A stretch of 64,000 nucleotides of DNA. It comes from Faecousia sp. (GTDB lineage Bacteria; Bacillota; Clostridia; Oscillospirales; Oscillospiraceae). Under the pieces are notes generated by a model, which was given only the letters and a program-made list of their open reading frames with translations, was not told the DNA's origin and did no database searches. The first letter of the stretch is position 1. Each line of letters starts with the position of its first letter. This document shows, piece by piece, positions 33,933-43,174 of the stretch. The stretch spans positions 30,253 to 94,252 of the forward strand of contig JBJDYN010000160.1 of the NCBI GenBank assembly GCA_051867395.1, written 5' to 3'. The translations under genes were made by a program, and so were the position numbers.

Positions 33933-34586
33933 TCAGCTAACTTTTGTCACGATCTTCGGAACCCTGGCAATCAGCAGCGCGGCGATGGCGGTGAGGATCA
34001 TCTCCGGTACCATGTAGATCCCGTTGTAGACGATGGAGTAGACCCAGCCCAGCGCGGAGGGGGACAAAGACTGCACCAGGCTTGCTCCCCAGGCAGGGAA
34101 ACCATCCTGAGTGAAGAACCACTCGGCCCAGCCGGAGAACAGGATGTATCCGGAGAGAATATGGGCAAGGTATCTGGCACCCAAAGCCACCAGGGAGCCG
34201 CACATCAGGGAAACACCGGGATTTTTGATCTTGTTGCGGAAAATACCGCCCAGGCCCAGCAGAGTGAAGGCCAGCACATAGTCGAGCGCACACATGATAA
34301 TGGCGTTGAGGATCAGAGCCTCGTCACCGAAATAGCCCGGCTGGAAGGCGGCGGCTACGGTTTTGGCGCCCAGGGCCATTTCAATCAGGGCGTAGCAGAA
34401 GCCGGATACCAGGCCCCACTTGACGCCGTGGCGGTAGGAGATCAGCACCACCGGGAGCATACTCACCAGGGTCACCTGGCCGCCGAAGGGCATTTCGGGG
34501 ATGAAGGCCTTGGACACGACCTCCAGAACGATGGCCATGGCCAGCAGCATGGCGCTTTCCGTCAAGCGCTTGGTTTTGATTTGCAT
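33933..34586 (-). CDS. thiT: ECF-transporter S component, thiamine (ThiT-like)
   Basis: The ORF is trimmed to MQIKTKRLTE. It has 6 TM segments and lies directly downstream of a TPP riboswitch. Confidence 0.75.
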   Translation of the reverse strand: MQIKTKRLTESAMLLAMAIVLEVVSKAFIPEMPFGGQVTLVSMLPVVLISYRHGVKWGLVSGFCYALIEMALGAKTVAAAFQPGYFGDEALILNAIIMCALDYVLAFTLLGLGGIFRNKIKNPGVSLMCGSLVALGARYLAHILSGYILFSGWAEWFFTQDGFPAWGASLVQSLSPSALGWVYSIVYNGIYMVPEMILTAIAALLIARVPKIVTKVS

Positions 34587-34600
34587 AGAGACAACCTCCA

Positions 34601-34775
34601 TAAGAAAAAGTACCGCATTGCAATCCGTCATGATGCAATGCGGTACGTTCCGTTTTCCTCATATCCGCATCTTTCCCTCCGACGGTATTAACCGTATCAG
34701 GTTCACGGGTCAGGACTACGGAGTCCAATCTCAGCCGGATGCGTCCGGCCCCCCGAAGATTGCTGTGCGATCTGA
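34601..34775 (-). promoter_or_regulatory. TPP (THI-box) riboswitch with terminator
   Basis: The reverse strand reads GGGGGGCCGGACGCATCCGGCTGAGA...ACCCGTGAACCTGATACGGTTAATACCGTCGGAGGGAAAG. The terminator follows: GTACCGCATTGCA...TGCAATGCGGTAC TTTTTCTT (34601-34646). Confidence 0.85.
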
Positions 34776-34779
34776 GAGT

Positions 34780-34807
34780 ATTATAGCGCAAAGTTGTGCT
34801 TTGTCAA
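34780..34807 (-). promoter_or_regulatory. Near-consensus promoter of the thiT leader
   Basis: On the reverse strand: TTGACA (34807-34802), 16-nt spacer, TATAAT (34785-34780). The -35 element overlaps the stop codon of the HIT gene. Confidence 0.6.
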
Positions 34808-35145
34808 GCCATTTCCAGGGTCAGCTGCTTGCCGCCCAGAATGTGGAAGTGCAGGTGCGGCACGGTCTGCCCTGCGTCGGGGCCGCAATTGCTGATTACC
34901 CGGTAGCCGCCGGTGAGGCCTTCCGTCTGGGCGATCCGGGGAATGACCTCGAAGATATGGGCAACCAGGCTACTGTTTTCTGCCGTGACGCCGTTACAGC
35001 CGGAAATGTGTTCCTTGGGGATCACCAGAATGTGGGTGGGCGCCTGGGGGGCGATGTCCCGGAAGGCGTAGACGGTCTCGTCCTCGTAGACCTTGTCGGA
35101 GGGGATCTCCCCGGCAATGATCTTACAGAATAAACAGTCAGACAT
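34804..35145 (-). CDS. HIT-family nucleotide hydrolase/transferase
   Basis: 113 aa with the histidine triad HLHFHILGG. Confidence 0.9.
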   Translation of the reverse strand: MSDCLFCKIIAGEIPSDKVYEDETVYAFRDIAPQAPTHILVIPKEHISGCNGVTAENSSLVAHIFEVIPRIAQTEGLTGGYRVISNCGPDAGQTVPHLHFHILGGKQLTLEMA

Positions 35146-35178
35146 AAATAATTCCTCCTGATAGTATGGTATATCGGT

Positions 35179-35652
35179 TTACAGACCAAACACATGCACG
35201 CCGGTCAGACTGACCACGCCCATGATGATACCTGCCATAATGACACCCAGACAGACGGCACCCACGGTGGACTTGAAGCCCATGTCCAGGAAGGACGCTG
35301 CCAGAGTTCCCGTCCAGGCACCGGTTCCCGGAATGGGGATGCCTACAAAAAGCATCAGCGCCACGAACAGCCCGCCCCGACCTGCTCTTTTCATAAGCCT
35401 ATGACCGCCGTGCTCGCCTTTTTCGTAGCAGAAGGTGAAGATTTTTCCAATATATTTCTTGCCGCAGCCCCAGATCAGCACTTTACGCGCAAACAGGTAG
35501 ATAATGGGCACCGGCAGCATATTGCCAATGACGCAGATCCCCAGGGCTGTGAAGTAGTTCAGCCCCATGCCCACTGCGAAGGGCACGCCGCCCCGCAGCT
35601 CGATAAAGGGCACCATGGAGACCAGAAAACAGAACAGGTATTTTTTGAACAT
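35179..35652 (-). CDS. Small multidrug-export-like membrane protein (COG2426 type)
   Basis: 157 aa with 4 TM segments and a PFIELRGGVP motif. Confidence 0.65.
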   Translation of the reverse strand: MFKKYLFCFLVSMVPFIELRGGVPFAVGMGLNYFTALGICVIGNMLPVPIIYLFARKVLIWGCGKKYIGKIFTFCYEKGEHGGHRLMKRAGRGGLFVALMLFVGIPIPGTGAWTGTLAASFLDMGFKSTVGAVCLGVIMAGIIMGVVSLTGVHVFGL

Positions 35653-35742
35653 GTGGCTCTCCTAAGATATTTTTTATCATTGTAGCACAGGAAAATCTGC
35701 TTTGCAACGAAAAACTCCTTAATTTTTGGTTAAGGGAAAAAC

Positions 35743-36020
35743 AGAGTGGAGTGTGGAGCGTTGAGAGTGGCGTTACCGAAGCTTTTGCTGCAGCGCATTT
35801 TACCGCACATAGTCGGACGACGGAGGAAGTCGCCCTCTTTCGTCTGGCATTTTACATGGAAATGCATCGCAGCAAACATTTGGCGTAACTATTCAGTCAC
35901 GGCAAAATATGCGCGGTAAATGATCGTTTATATGAGAAACTTGGGGTACGACGGAATAGTTACCATTTGGCAACTTCACTCTCCACACTCCACACTTCAC
36001 TTCACTCCACTCCACTCTCC
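35743..36020. repeat. Heptamer-armed hairpin element C (dialect AGAGTGG/AGTGTGG), composite 197-nt core
   Basis: Left array AGAGTGG AGTGTGG AGCGTTG AGAGTGG CGTT. The right array has 7 units of CTCTCCA/CACTCCA type. The core contains TAAATGATCGTTTAT (35917-35931), which is also found at 44328-44342. Confidence 0.75.
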
Positions 36021-36183
36021 GCTCTGACGCGAACTCCCCACTTTTTTGAACGCGTCTTTAATTTTTCTTGAATTCTCCCGGAAGGGCTGGAAGTTTTCCG
36101 ATTGCTGTGCTATAATGTGCGCAAGTATAAAGTGCGATAGTATACCTAGGCGGCACAAGCCTGTTTGAAATGGAGAGAGAGCT

Positions 36184-38265
36184 ATGCTGGAACTGTTGGC
36201 GCCCGCGGGATCCATGGAGGCCCTGCGCGCGGCGGTGCAGAACGGAGCCAATGCGGTCTACCTGGGCTGCGGCAGCTTTAATGCCCGCCAGAGCGCGAAA
36301 AATTTTACCCCCCAGACTTTGGTGGATGCGGTGAAATACTGCCATATCCGGGGTGTCCAGGTCCATCTGACCTTGAATACCCTGGTTGCGGATCGGGAAA
36401 TGAAGGAGGCAGCGGAAATGATCCGCCATGCCGCCCAGAACAATGTGGACGCTTTCATCGTTCAGGATCTGGGCGTGGTGCAGATGTGCCGTCAGATCGC
36501 ACCCCATATCCCCATCCATGGCTCCACCCAGATGAGCGTCCATTCTCTGCCCGGTGTCCAGCTGTGCGCTGCCATGGGCATGAAGCGGGTGGTCCTGAGC
36601 CGAGAGCTGAGCCGGGAGGAGATTCGCTATATCTGTGCCAATTCTCCCATTGAGATCGAGGTTTTCGGCCATGGCGCGCTGTGCATGTGTTATTCCGGTC
36701 AATGCTATATGTCTGCGGTCATCGGCGGCCGTTCCGGCAACCGGGGGCGCTGCGCCCAGCCCTGCCGTCAGAGCTACGGCTATACCCATTGGGAAAACAA
36801 GTACCCCCTGAGCCTGAAGGACAACTGCCTGGTGGCTTACCTCCAGGAGCTGCAGGAGATGGGTGTGGTTTCCCTGAAGCTGGAGGGCCGTATGAAGCGG
36901 CCGGAATATGTGGCTACTGTCACTGCGGTCTACCGTAAGGCCCTGGACGAGGGGACAGTGACAAAGCCCATGGTGGAGGCGCTGTACACTGCCTTTAACC
37001 GCCAGGGCTTTACCGACGGCTACTACACCGGACGGGTAGACCGGAAGATGTTCGGCGTCCGCCAGGAGACCCAGGAGGATCCCCAGTGGCTCCAGTCCGC
37101 CCGGCAGTCCTATGAGGCCGGGGAAACCCAGTTGGTGGACCTGTCCTTCCGGGCGGTGGTGTCCGTGGACGGAAGTTCTCTGACGGCCACGGATCCGGAG
37201 GGACGAACCTGCCGGGTGGAGGGACCTATGCCGGAGCTGGCACGGAATGTGCCGCTGACTGGCGCGGCGCTGGCACAGCGGGTGGCTAAGACCGGCGGTA
37301 CGCCTTACCGCTGTGCCGAGGTGCGCACCCATGTGGATCCGGGTCTGACGATCTCCGCCGCAGCTGTCAATGCCATGCGCCGGGACGTGCTGAACCAACT
37401 CACCGCCCTGCGGGCAAGACGGGAGGAGCATCCCCTGCGTAAGCCCAAGGCCATCCCGGCGATCAAAGGCCCCAGCGGTTTGCCGGGGCTGACGGTGCAG
37501 GTTACCTCCCGGGAGCAGCTGACGCCGGGACTGCTGAATCTGGAGACGGCCATGCTGTATGTCCCCATGCACATCCTGCTGGCGGACAGTGCCATGACAG
37601 CGCGCCTTGTGCAGCGGGGCCGCCTGGCGGTGGTACTGCCCCGGATCGTTCACGACGGCGAGCTGCCCAAAATCAATGTGGGTCTTGCTACGCTGCGGGA
37701 ACTGGGCGTCAAGGATGCCCTGGTAGGCAATCTGGGCTTGCTGCTCCCGGTGCGGGAGGCGGGGATGCGTATTCACGGCGACTTCGGTCTGAACATTTTT
37801 AATTCCGGTTCCATGAACGTACTGCGGTCATTGGAACTGTCCTCGGCTACGGTGAGCTTTGAGATGACCTTGCCACAGATCCGGGATCTGAGCAAGGCGG
37901 TGAACGCTGAGCTCCTCGCCTATGGCCGCCTGCCCCTGATGCTCACGGAGCATTGCCTTATCCGGAACCGCACCGGCGAGTGCGACTGCCATCTGCGGAC
38001 CACCAAGCTCATGGACAAAACCGGAGCGGAGTTCCCCATCATCAAGGACGGAGACAGCTGCCGAAGCGTCCTGCTCAACGGCCGAAAGCTCAGCTGGCTG
38101 GACCGGCAGGACGATCTTGCCAAGCTTGGCCTATGGGCACTGCGTCTGTACTTCACTACGGAAAACGGAAAAGAAGTGGACAGAATTCTGGGCGAGTACC
38201 TGAACCCCGACGGATTTGATCCCGGAGCCTGCACACGGGGACTATACCTTCGGGGAGTCGAATAA
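36184..38265 (+). CDS. U32-family peptidase-like protein
   Basis: 693 aa. The N-terminus MLELLAPAGSMEALRAAVQNGANAVYLG is typical of U32. Confidence 0.85.
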   Translation: MLELLAPAGSMEALRAAVQNGANAVYLGCGSFNARQSAKNFTPQTLVDAVKYCHIRGVQVHLTLNTLVADREMKEAAEMIRHAAQNNVDAFIVQDLGVVQMCRQIAPHIPIHGSTQMSVHSLPGVQLCAAMGMKRVVLSRELSREEIRYICANSPIEIEVFGHGALCMCYSGQCYMSAVIGGRSGNRGRCAQPCRQSYGYTHWENKYPLSLKDNCLVAYLQELQEMGVVSLKLEGRMKRPEYVATVTAVYRKALDEGTVTKPMVEALYTAFNRQGFTDGYYTGRVDRKMFGVRQETQEDPQWLQSARQSYEAGETQLVDLSFRAVVSVDGSSLTATDPEGRTCRVEGPMPELARNVPLTGAALAQRVAKTGGTPYRCAEVRTHVDPGLTISAAAVNAMRRDVLNQLTALRARREEHPLRKPKAIPAIKGPSGLPGLTVQVTSREQLTPGLLNLETAMLYVPMHILLADSAMTARLVQRGRLAVVLPRIVHDGELPKINVGLATLRELGVKDALVGNLGLLLPVREAGMRIHGDFGLNIFNSGSMNVLRSLELSSATVSFEMTLPQIRDLSKAVNAELLAYGRLPLMLTEHCLIRNRTGECDCHLRTTKLMDKTGAEFPIIKDGDSCRSVLLNGRKLSWLDRQDDLAKLGLWALRLYFTTENGKEVDRILGEYLNPDGFDPGACTRGLYLRGVE

Positions 38266-38267
38266 AA

Positions 38268-38681
38268 AATGCTGAATGCTGAATGCTAAATGAGAGAGTT
38301 ATGGATGGAAATGCTGTTGTAGAAAAAAGCATCGAATTTGCGGTGCGAATTGTGAATTTGTATAAATATCTGACGAGAGAGCACAAAGAATATGTCCTTT
38401 CAAAGCAACTTTTAAGCAGCGGGACGAGTATTGGTGCAAACATTGCCGAAGCGCAACGAGGTCAAAGCAAAGCAGATTTCCTTGCGAAAATGAGCATTGC
38501 GCTCAAAGAAGCGAACGAAACGCATTATTGGCTGACACTGTTGTATAGAACAGACTATTTGCGAAAAGCGCAGTATGAAAGTCTGGATCAGGATGTTTCC
38601 GAACTGTTGAGCATCCTGACAGCCATATGTAAAACTGCAAAACCAGTATAATTCAGCATTTAGCATTTAGCATTCAGCATT
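38268..38681. repeat. Heptamer-armed element H carrying a four-helix-bundle gene (IVS-like cassette)
   Basis: Left array AATGCTG AATGCTG AATGCTA AATG (38268-38292). Right array AATT CAGCATT TAGCATT TAGCATT CAGCATT (38650-38681). The arms pair over ~25 bp with 1 mismatch. Confidence 0.85.
38301..38651 (+). CDS. Four-helix-bundle protein (23S rRNA intervening-sequence protein / Avd-like family)
   Basis: MDGNAVVEKSIEFAVRIVNLYKYL...SKQLLSSGTSIGANIAEAQRGQSKADFLAKMSIALKEANETHYWL. The track start at 38283 lies inside the repeat array. The stop codon lies in the right arm. Confidence 0.85.
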   Translation: MDGNAVVEKSIEFAVRIVNLYKYLTREHKEYVLSKQLLSSGTSIGANIAEAQRGQSKADFLAKMSIALKEANETHYWLTLLYRTDYLRKAQYESLDQDVSELLSILTAICKTAKPV

Positions 38682-38704
38682 ACGGAAAGGACGTTTACAA
38701 TACT

Positions 38705-39280
38705 ATGCAACTGATTCTAGCCTCCGGTTCCCCCCGGCGGAAAGAGCTTTTGGGTCTATTCGGTATTCCCTTTGCTGTTCGGGCGGCGGATATTGATGAG
38801 ACCATGGACCCGGAAAAAGCGCCCTTTGACGAGGTGGCCAGGGTCAGCCGGGCGAAGGCTATGACAGTTCCGCGGCAGCAGGAGGATGTTGTCATTGCCG
38901 CGGACACCATTGTGGTCTGCCAGGGAAAGGTCCTGGGGAAACCTGCGGACCCGGCGGAAGCGGTCAGAATGCTGACCCTGCTCTCCGGGCGGGATCATCA
39001 GGTAATGACCGGCTGCACCGTGCTCCGGGACGAAAAGTGTGAGACCTTTACGGAGGTCACCGACCTGCACTTCCGCTCGCTGAGCAAAAAGGAGATCGAA
39101 AAATATGTCGCCACCGGAGAGCCCATGGATAAGGCCGGGGCTTACGGCATCCAGGGCGGCGCGGCGCTGTTCTGCGAGAGAATGGTAGGCGATTATTATA
39201 ATGTAATGGGACTCCCTGTGTGCCGTCTGGGGCAGACGCTGCGGAACCTGGCACCGGAACTGATGGAGGATATTCTATGA
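38705..39280 (+). CDS. maf: Maf-like nucleoside triphosphate pyrophosphatase
   Basis: 191 aa. It starts MQLILASGSPRRKELL and contains GAYGIQG. Confidence 0.9.
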   Translation: MQLILASGSPRRKELLGLFGIPFAVRAADIDETMDPEKAPFDEVARVSRAKAMTVPRQQEDVVIAADTIVVCQGKVLGKPADPAEAVRMLTLLSGRDHQVMTGCTVLRDEKCETFTEVTDLHFRSLSKKEIEKYVATGEPMDKAGAYGIQGGAALFCERMVGDYYNVMGLPVCRLGQTLRNLAPELMEDIL

Positions 39281-40200
39281 GAAATTTGTTTACGACCCGG
39301 GTGAAGATCATCCTGGTCATTGCGGGACTGCTGACCGTGGCCCTGGCCATTGCCAGCGGCATCACCAATACCAGCGTCCCTGACCTGGTTGTCAAGGGTG
39401 TGCTGGCCCCCTTCCGGGCAGCCGGCACCGCTCTGACTTCCACGGCGGAGAAGTACTACAGCTATATGTTCCGTTATGAAGCGCTGGAAGCGGAAAATGA
39501 GGTGCTGGAGAAACGAATCGCGGAAATGGAGGACGTGGCCCGTCAGGCGGATGCCGTCTCCCGTGAAAACGAGCGCCTGCGGCAGCTGACCGGCCTGCAG
39601 GAGACCCATGAGGACTACAAGATGGTGGATGCCTATATCATCGGCTGGAGTTCCACCGACTGGGAAAACACCTTCACCATCAACCGGGGTACCGCTGCCG
39701 GAATCCAGGAGAACATGTGTGCCATTACCGCCAACGGCGAAGTGGTGGGCCTGGTCACCGAGGTCGGTATCAACTACGCGGAGGTGACCACCGTACTGGA
39801 CTCCACCCTGGAGATTTCTGGCACCATTGCCACCTCCGGCTACAACGGCATGGTGAAAGGCGGCTACTCCAGCGGCAACGCGTCGCTGCTGCGGATGAAC
39901 TATCTGCCCTCCTCTGCAATTATCCGCAACAAGGACCAGGTGGTCACCTCCGGTTCTACCGTGTACCCCCGGGGCCTGATCATGGGCTATGTGGTGGACG
40001 CGGGCTTTGAGGAGACCGGCGTGGCAAAATACGCCCTGCTGGACCCCGCGGCGGAGATCAGCTCCTTGGAGCAGGTCTTCATCATTACGGAATATACTAC
40101 GGAGGTCAGCACCGTGACCTCTTCGACCCAGAGTACGGAGCCTGCCCAGGCCGCCACGGAGGCAACGACGCCGACGGCTTCCACCGGCTCGGTTGGATGA
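39277..40200 (+). CDS. mreC: Rod shape-determining protein MreC
   Basis: The ORF is trimmed to MRNLFTTRVKIILV. It has a coiled coil followed by a beta-barrel domain. ATGA overlap with maf. Confidence 0.9.
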   Translation: MRNLFTTRVKIILVIAGLLTVALAIASGITNTSVPDLVVKGVLAPFRAAGTALTSTAEKYYSYMFRYEALEAENEVLEKRIAEMEDVARQADAVSRENERLRQLTGLQETHEDYKMVDAYIIGWSSTDWENTFTINRGTAAGIQENMCAITANGEVVGLVTEVGINYAEVTTVLDSTLEISGTIATSGYNGMVKGGYSSGNASLLRMNYLPSSAIIRNKDQVVTSGSTVYPRGLIMGYVVDAGFEETGVAKYALLDPAAEISSLEQVFIITEYTTEVSTVTSSTQSTEPAQAATEATTPTASTGSVG

Positions 40201-40209
40201 GGCGGCGCT

Positions 40210-40803
40210 ATGGCTAAGAAATATCGAAGAAAAAGCGTGGAATTCAAGCCGGATGCCCGGTCTGCCACCTGGCTCAAGACCATGCGCCTGACCCAACAGC
40301 AGCGACTGCGGCTGCTGAAATGGGGGCTGTATGTCCTGACCATCGTGCTGGCGCTGGTGATCCAGGACGTGATCATGAGTCAGGTCAGCATCTTTGGAGC
40401 CACCACGGAGCTGGCGGTCTGCGTGATTCTGCTGATCACCGTCATTGAGGGCACCGAAGTAGGCAGCCTGTTTGTGCTGATCGCATCTGTACTGTATTTT
40501 TATTCCGGAACCGCGCCAAACGCCTATTCCATCGGATTGCTGACGTTCCTGGGCATCGGCGCGGCCATGTTCCGGCAGATGTACTGGAATCGGAGCAGAG
40601 GCGCCATCGTACTGTGCGCGGGTATGGCCCAGGTACTCTATGAGCTGGGATTGTTCGTAGTCGGTATCATGACGGGCCTGACCCATTGGGGCCGTCTGGG
40701 CGCGTTCCTGTTCACCGGCATTTTCAGCGCCGTCGTTATGATTCCGCTTTACCCCCTGATCTATAAGATCGGCCAGATTGGAGGAAACACATGGAAAGAA
40801 TAA
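40210..40803 (+). CDS. mreD: Rod shape-determining protein MreD
   Basis: 197 aa polytopic membrane protein, placed between mreC and the PBP2 gene. Confidence 0.75.
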   Translation: MAKKYRRKSVEFKPDARSATWLKTMRLTQQQRLRLLKWGLYVLTIVLALVIQDVIMSQVSIFGATTELAVCVILLITVIEGTEVGSLFVLIASVLYFYSGTAPNAYSIGLLTFLGIGAAMFRQMYWNRSRGAIVLCAGMAQVLYELGLFVVGIMTGLTHWGRLGAFLFTGIFSAVVMIPLYPLIYKIGQIGGNTWKE

Positions 40804-42983
40804 GCCGCTTCCGGGCCGTTTTGTTTGTGGTCCTGTTCGCTTTCATCCTGCTCCTGTTCGCCGGCAAGCTCTTTGTCCTGCAGATCATCGAGACCGACGG
40901 CAATACCGACAACACCCAGACTTACACCACCCTGACCACCGTTCGTGCCGCCCGGGGCGATCTCCTGGACCGCAACGGCAATGTGCTGGTAGGCAACCGG
41001 GCCTCCTACGATCTGGTGTTCAACCATTACGTTATCAAGTCTTACGACGAAACCAATGAGGCGCTGTACCGTCTGGTGCACAAGTGCAGGGAGCTGGGGA
41101 TCGAATACTCCGACCATTTTCCCATTACCAGGAGCCGCCCCTTTGAGTACACCCTGACCGAGTTCAACACCTCCTGGCAGAACAATTTCCAGCTGTTCAT
41201 GGTGCATAACGGCCTGGACTCGGACATCACTGCCCCGCTGCTGGTGGAGAAAATGCGCACCCAGTATAAGATTCCCGAGGAGTGGTCCGACGAGGACGCC
41301 CGGGCGGTCATCGGCTTCCGCTACGAATTCGATCTGCGCGGCTTCACCAATCTGCCTACGTATACCTTCCTGGAGGATGTGTCCGACGAGCAGTTGTCCG
41401 CCATCCTGGAGCTGAACACTCCCGGCCTGATGGTGGAATCCTCCACCGTCCGGGAATACCATACCAAGTACGCCGCTCATATCTTGGGTTATCTGGGTGC
41501 TATGAACAACAGCGAGTGGGCGGAATACCAGAAGCAGGATTATTCCATGGATGCGTTGGTGGGCAAGACCGGCTTTGAGCTGGCCTTTGAGGAATACCTC
41601 CACGGCATCGACGGCACCCGTGTGGACGTGGTCAGCAAGGACGGCGCCATCATCAAACAGTACTATTGGAACGAAAAGCTGGAGGACGGCACCTACAAGC
41701 TCCATGAACCGATTGCCGGCAACAACGTGGAGACCACCATCGACATTTCCATCCAGCAGGTGGCTGAGGATGCTCTGGAGAAGGTCATGAAACGCATCAC
41801 CGATCCGGAGCAGAATACGGAAGCCGGTGAACACACAGGCCTGGACGCGGAGGGTGCGGCCGTCATTGTGATGGAGTGCAAAACCGGCAACATCCTGGCC
41901 TGCGCCAGTTATCCCAGCTACAATCTGGCCACCATGTATGAGGACTGGGCAGAGATTGAGGCGGATCCCTTGAAGCCCTTCTTCAACCGGGCATTTGGTG
42001 CCGCCTACGCTCCCGGCTCCACCTACAAAATGTGCTCTCTGATCACGGCCATGGAAAATGTGTATACCAATGAGGAAAAGGCTGGCCAGCCCATCCTGGC
42101 AAGTGGCGAGATCATCGAGGATAAGGGCGTTTACGACAAGTACGAGGGCTTTGCACCTGCCTGCCTGTTCTGGACCTCCAGCCATGCCACCCACGGTAAA
42201 ATTGACGCGGTGAAGGCGCTGTGCTTCTCCTGCAACTATTTCTTCTATGAGCTGGGTGACCGGTGTACTTGGCAGATGATGGATGCTACCGCCCAAGCCT
42301 TGGGGCTGGGCGAGCCCACCGGCATTGAGCTGGTGGAGAAGATCGGGGCCCGGAACACCCCCGACCGGAAGCGTGAGGTCTACGGCTCCGGTGTTAACGG
42401 TAACTTCGCCGTCGGCGACCGTATTCTGGGCGCCATCGGCCAGGGCGAAAACCGGATCACCCCGCTGCAGCTGTGCGTCTATGCCTCCACCCTGGCGAAC
42501 AAGGGTACCCGCTTGAAGGCCACCTTCCTGAGCCGGGTGGTGTCCTCCGACTACCGCACCCTGATCTACGAAAACGAGCCGCAGGTCGTCAGCCAGCTGC
42601 AGATGCAGCAGGCCACCATCGATGCCTACATGGAGGGCATGCGAGAGGTCATCACTTACCCCGGCGGCACGGCAACCAAATATTTTGGCGGTTGGAGCGA
42701 CCAGTATGGCGACGCTGACGGCGTGTGGCCCCTGAAGGACGAGGTCATCGTTTACGCCAAGACCGGCACGGCCGAGCATGCCTCCGGCGGTTCTGACCAC
42801 GGTGCATTCGTCTGCTTTGCCCGCAGAGCGGATGCTGCGGAGCCGGACGTTGCGGTAGCGATCTATGGCGAGAAAGTTGCCCATGGTTCCTCTCTGGCAC
42901 CCGTTGCAGAGCAGGTTCTTCTGGCTTACTATGAAATGAATGCGGCAAGTGAGTATACCGCCTTTGAAAACCAGCCCGGCTAA
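40791..42983 (+). CDS. mrdA: Penicillin-binding protein 2 (elongasome transpeptidase)
   Basis: 730 aa. SxxK is GSTYKM, SxN is FSCN and KTG is KTGTA. Confidence 0.9.
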   Translation: MERISRFRAVLFVVLFAFILLLFAGKLFVLQIIETDGNTDNTQTYTTLTTVRAARGDLLDRNGNVLVGNRASYDLVFNHYVIKSYDETNEALYRLVHKCRELGIEYSDHFPITRSRPFEYTLTEFNTSWQNNFQLFMVHNGLDSDITAPLLVEKMRTQYKIPEEWSDEDARAVIGFRYEFDLRGFTNLPTYTFLEDVSDEQLSAILELNTPGLMVESSTVREYHTKYAAHILGYLGAMNNSEWAEYQKQDYSMDALVGKTGFELAFEEYLHGIDGTRVDVVSKDGAIIKQYYWNEKLEDGTYKLHEPIAGNNVETTIDISIQQVAEDALEKVMKRITDPEQNTEAGEHTGLDAEGAAVIVMECKTGNILACASYPSYNLATMYEDWAEIEADPLKPFFNRAFGAAYAPGSTYKMCSLITAMENVYTNEEKAGQPILASGEIIEDKGVYDKYEGFAPACLFWTSSHATHGKIDAVKALCFSCNYFFYELGDRCTWQMMDATAQALGLGEPTGIELVEKIGARNTPDRKREVYGSGVNGNFAVGDRILGAIGQGENRITPLQLCVYASTLANKGTRLKATFLSRVVSSDYRTLIYENEPQVVSQLQMQQATIDAYMEGMREVITYPGGTATKYFGGWSDQYGDADGVWPLKDEVIVYAKTGTAEHASGGSDHGAFVCFARRADAAEPDVAVAIYGEKVAHGSSLAPVAEQVLLAYYEMNAASEYTAFENQPG

Positions 42984-43039
42984 CCACCCCAGAACGCGGC
43001 CATTAGCGGGGTGTTCGTAAGACAGTTTTTGAAACACGG

Positions 43040-43085
43040 AAGCAGGTGCCTGAGACAAGTACGCAGGCACCTGCTTGTTTTTTGC
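43040..43085 (+). terminator. Intrinsic terminator after the PBP2 gene
   Basis: AAGCAGGTGCCTG...CAGGCACCTGCTT followed by GTTTTTTG. Confidence 0.7.
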
Positions 43086-43113
43086 TGTTTACAATTAATT
43101 TGCGCCCATTGAG

Positions 43114-43142
43114 TTGACTTTGCAATGCAAACAGCATATAAT
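43114..43142 (+). promoter_or_regulatory. Promoter of the toxin-antitoxin (TA) operon with an embedded palindromic operator
   Basis: TTGACT, 17-nt spacer, TATAAT. The palindrome TTTGCAATGCAAA (43119-43131) sits in the spacer. Confidence 0.6.
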
Positions 43143-43174
43143 ATGGATAAAAGAATTGCAAAGGAGTTGTTTTT

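Noticed and set aside
38283-38651. Diversity-generating retroelement, because the four-helix-bundle protein belongs to the Avd-like family.
   Set aside because: There is no reverse transcriptase ORF, no template/variable repeat pair and no adenine-specific mismatch pattern anywhere in the window.
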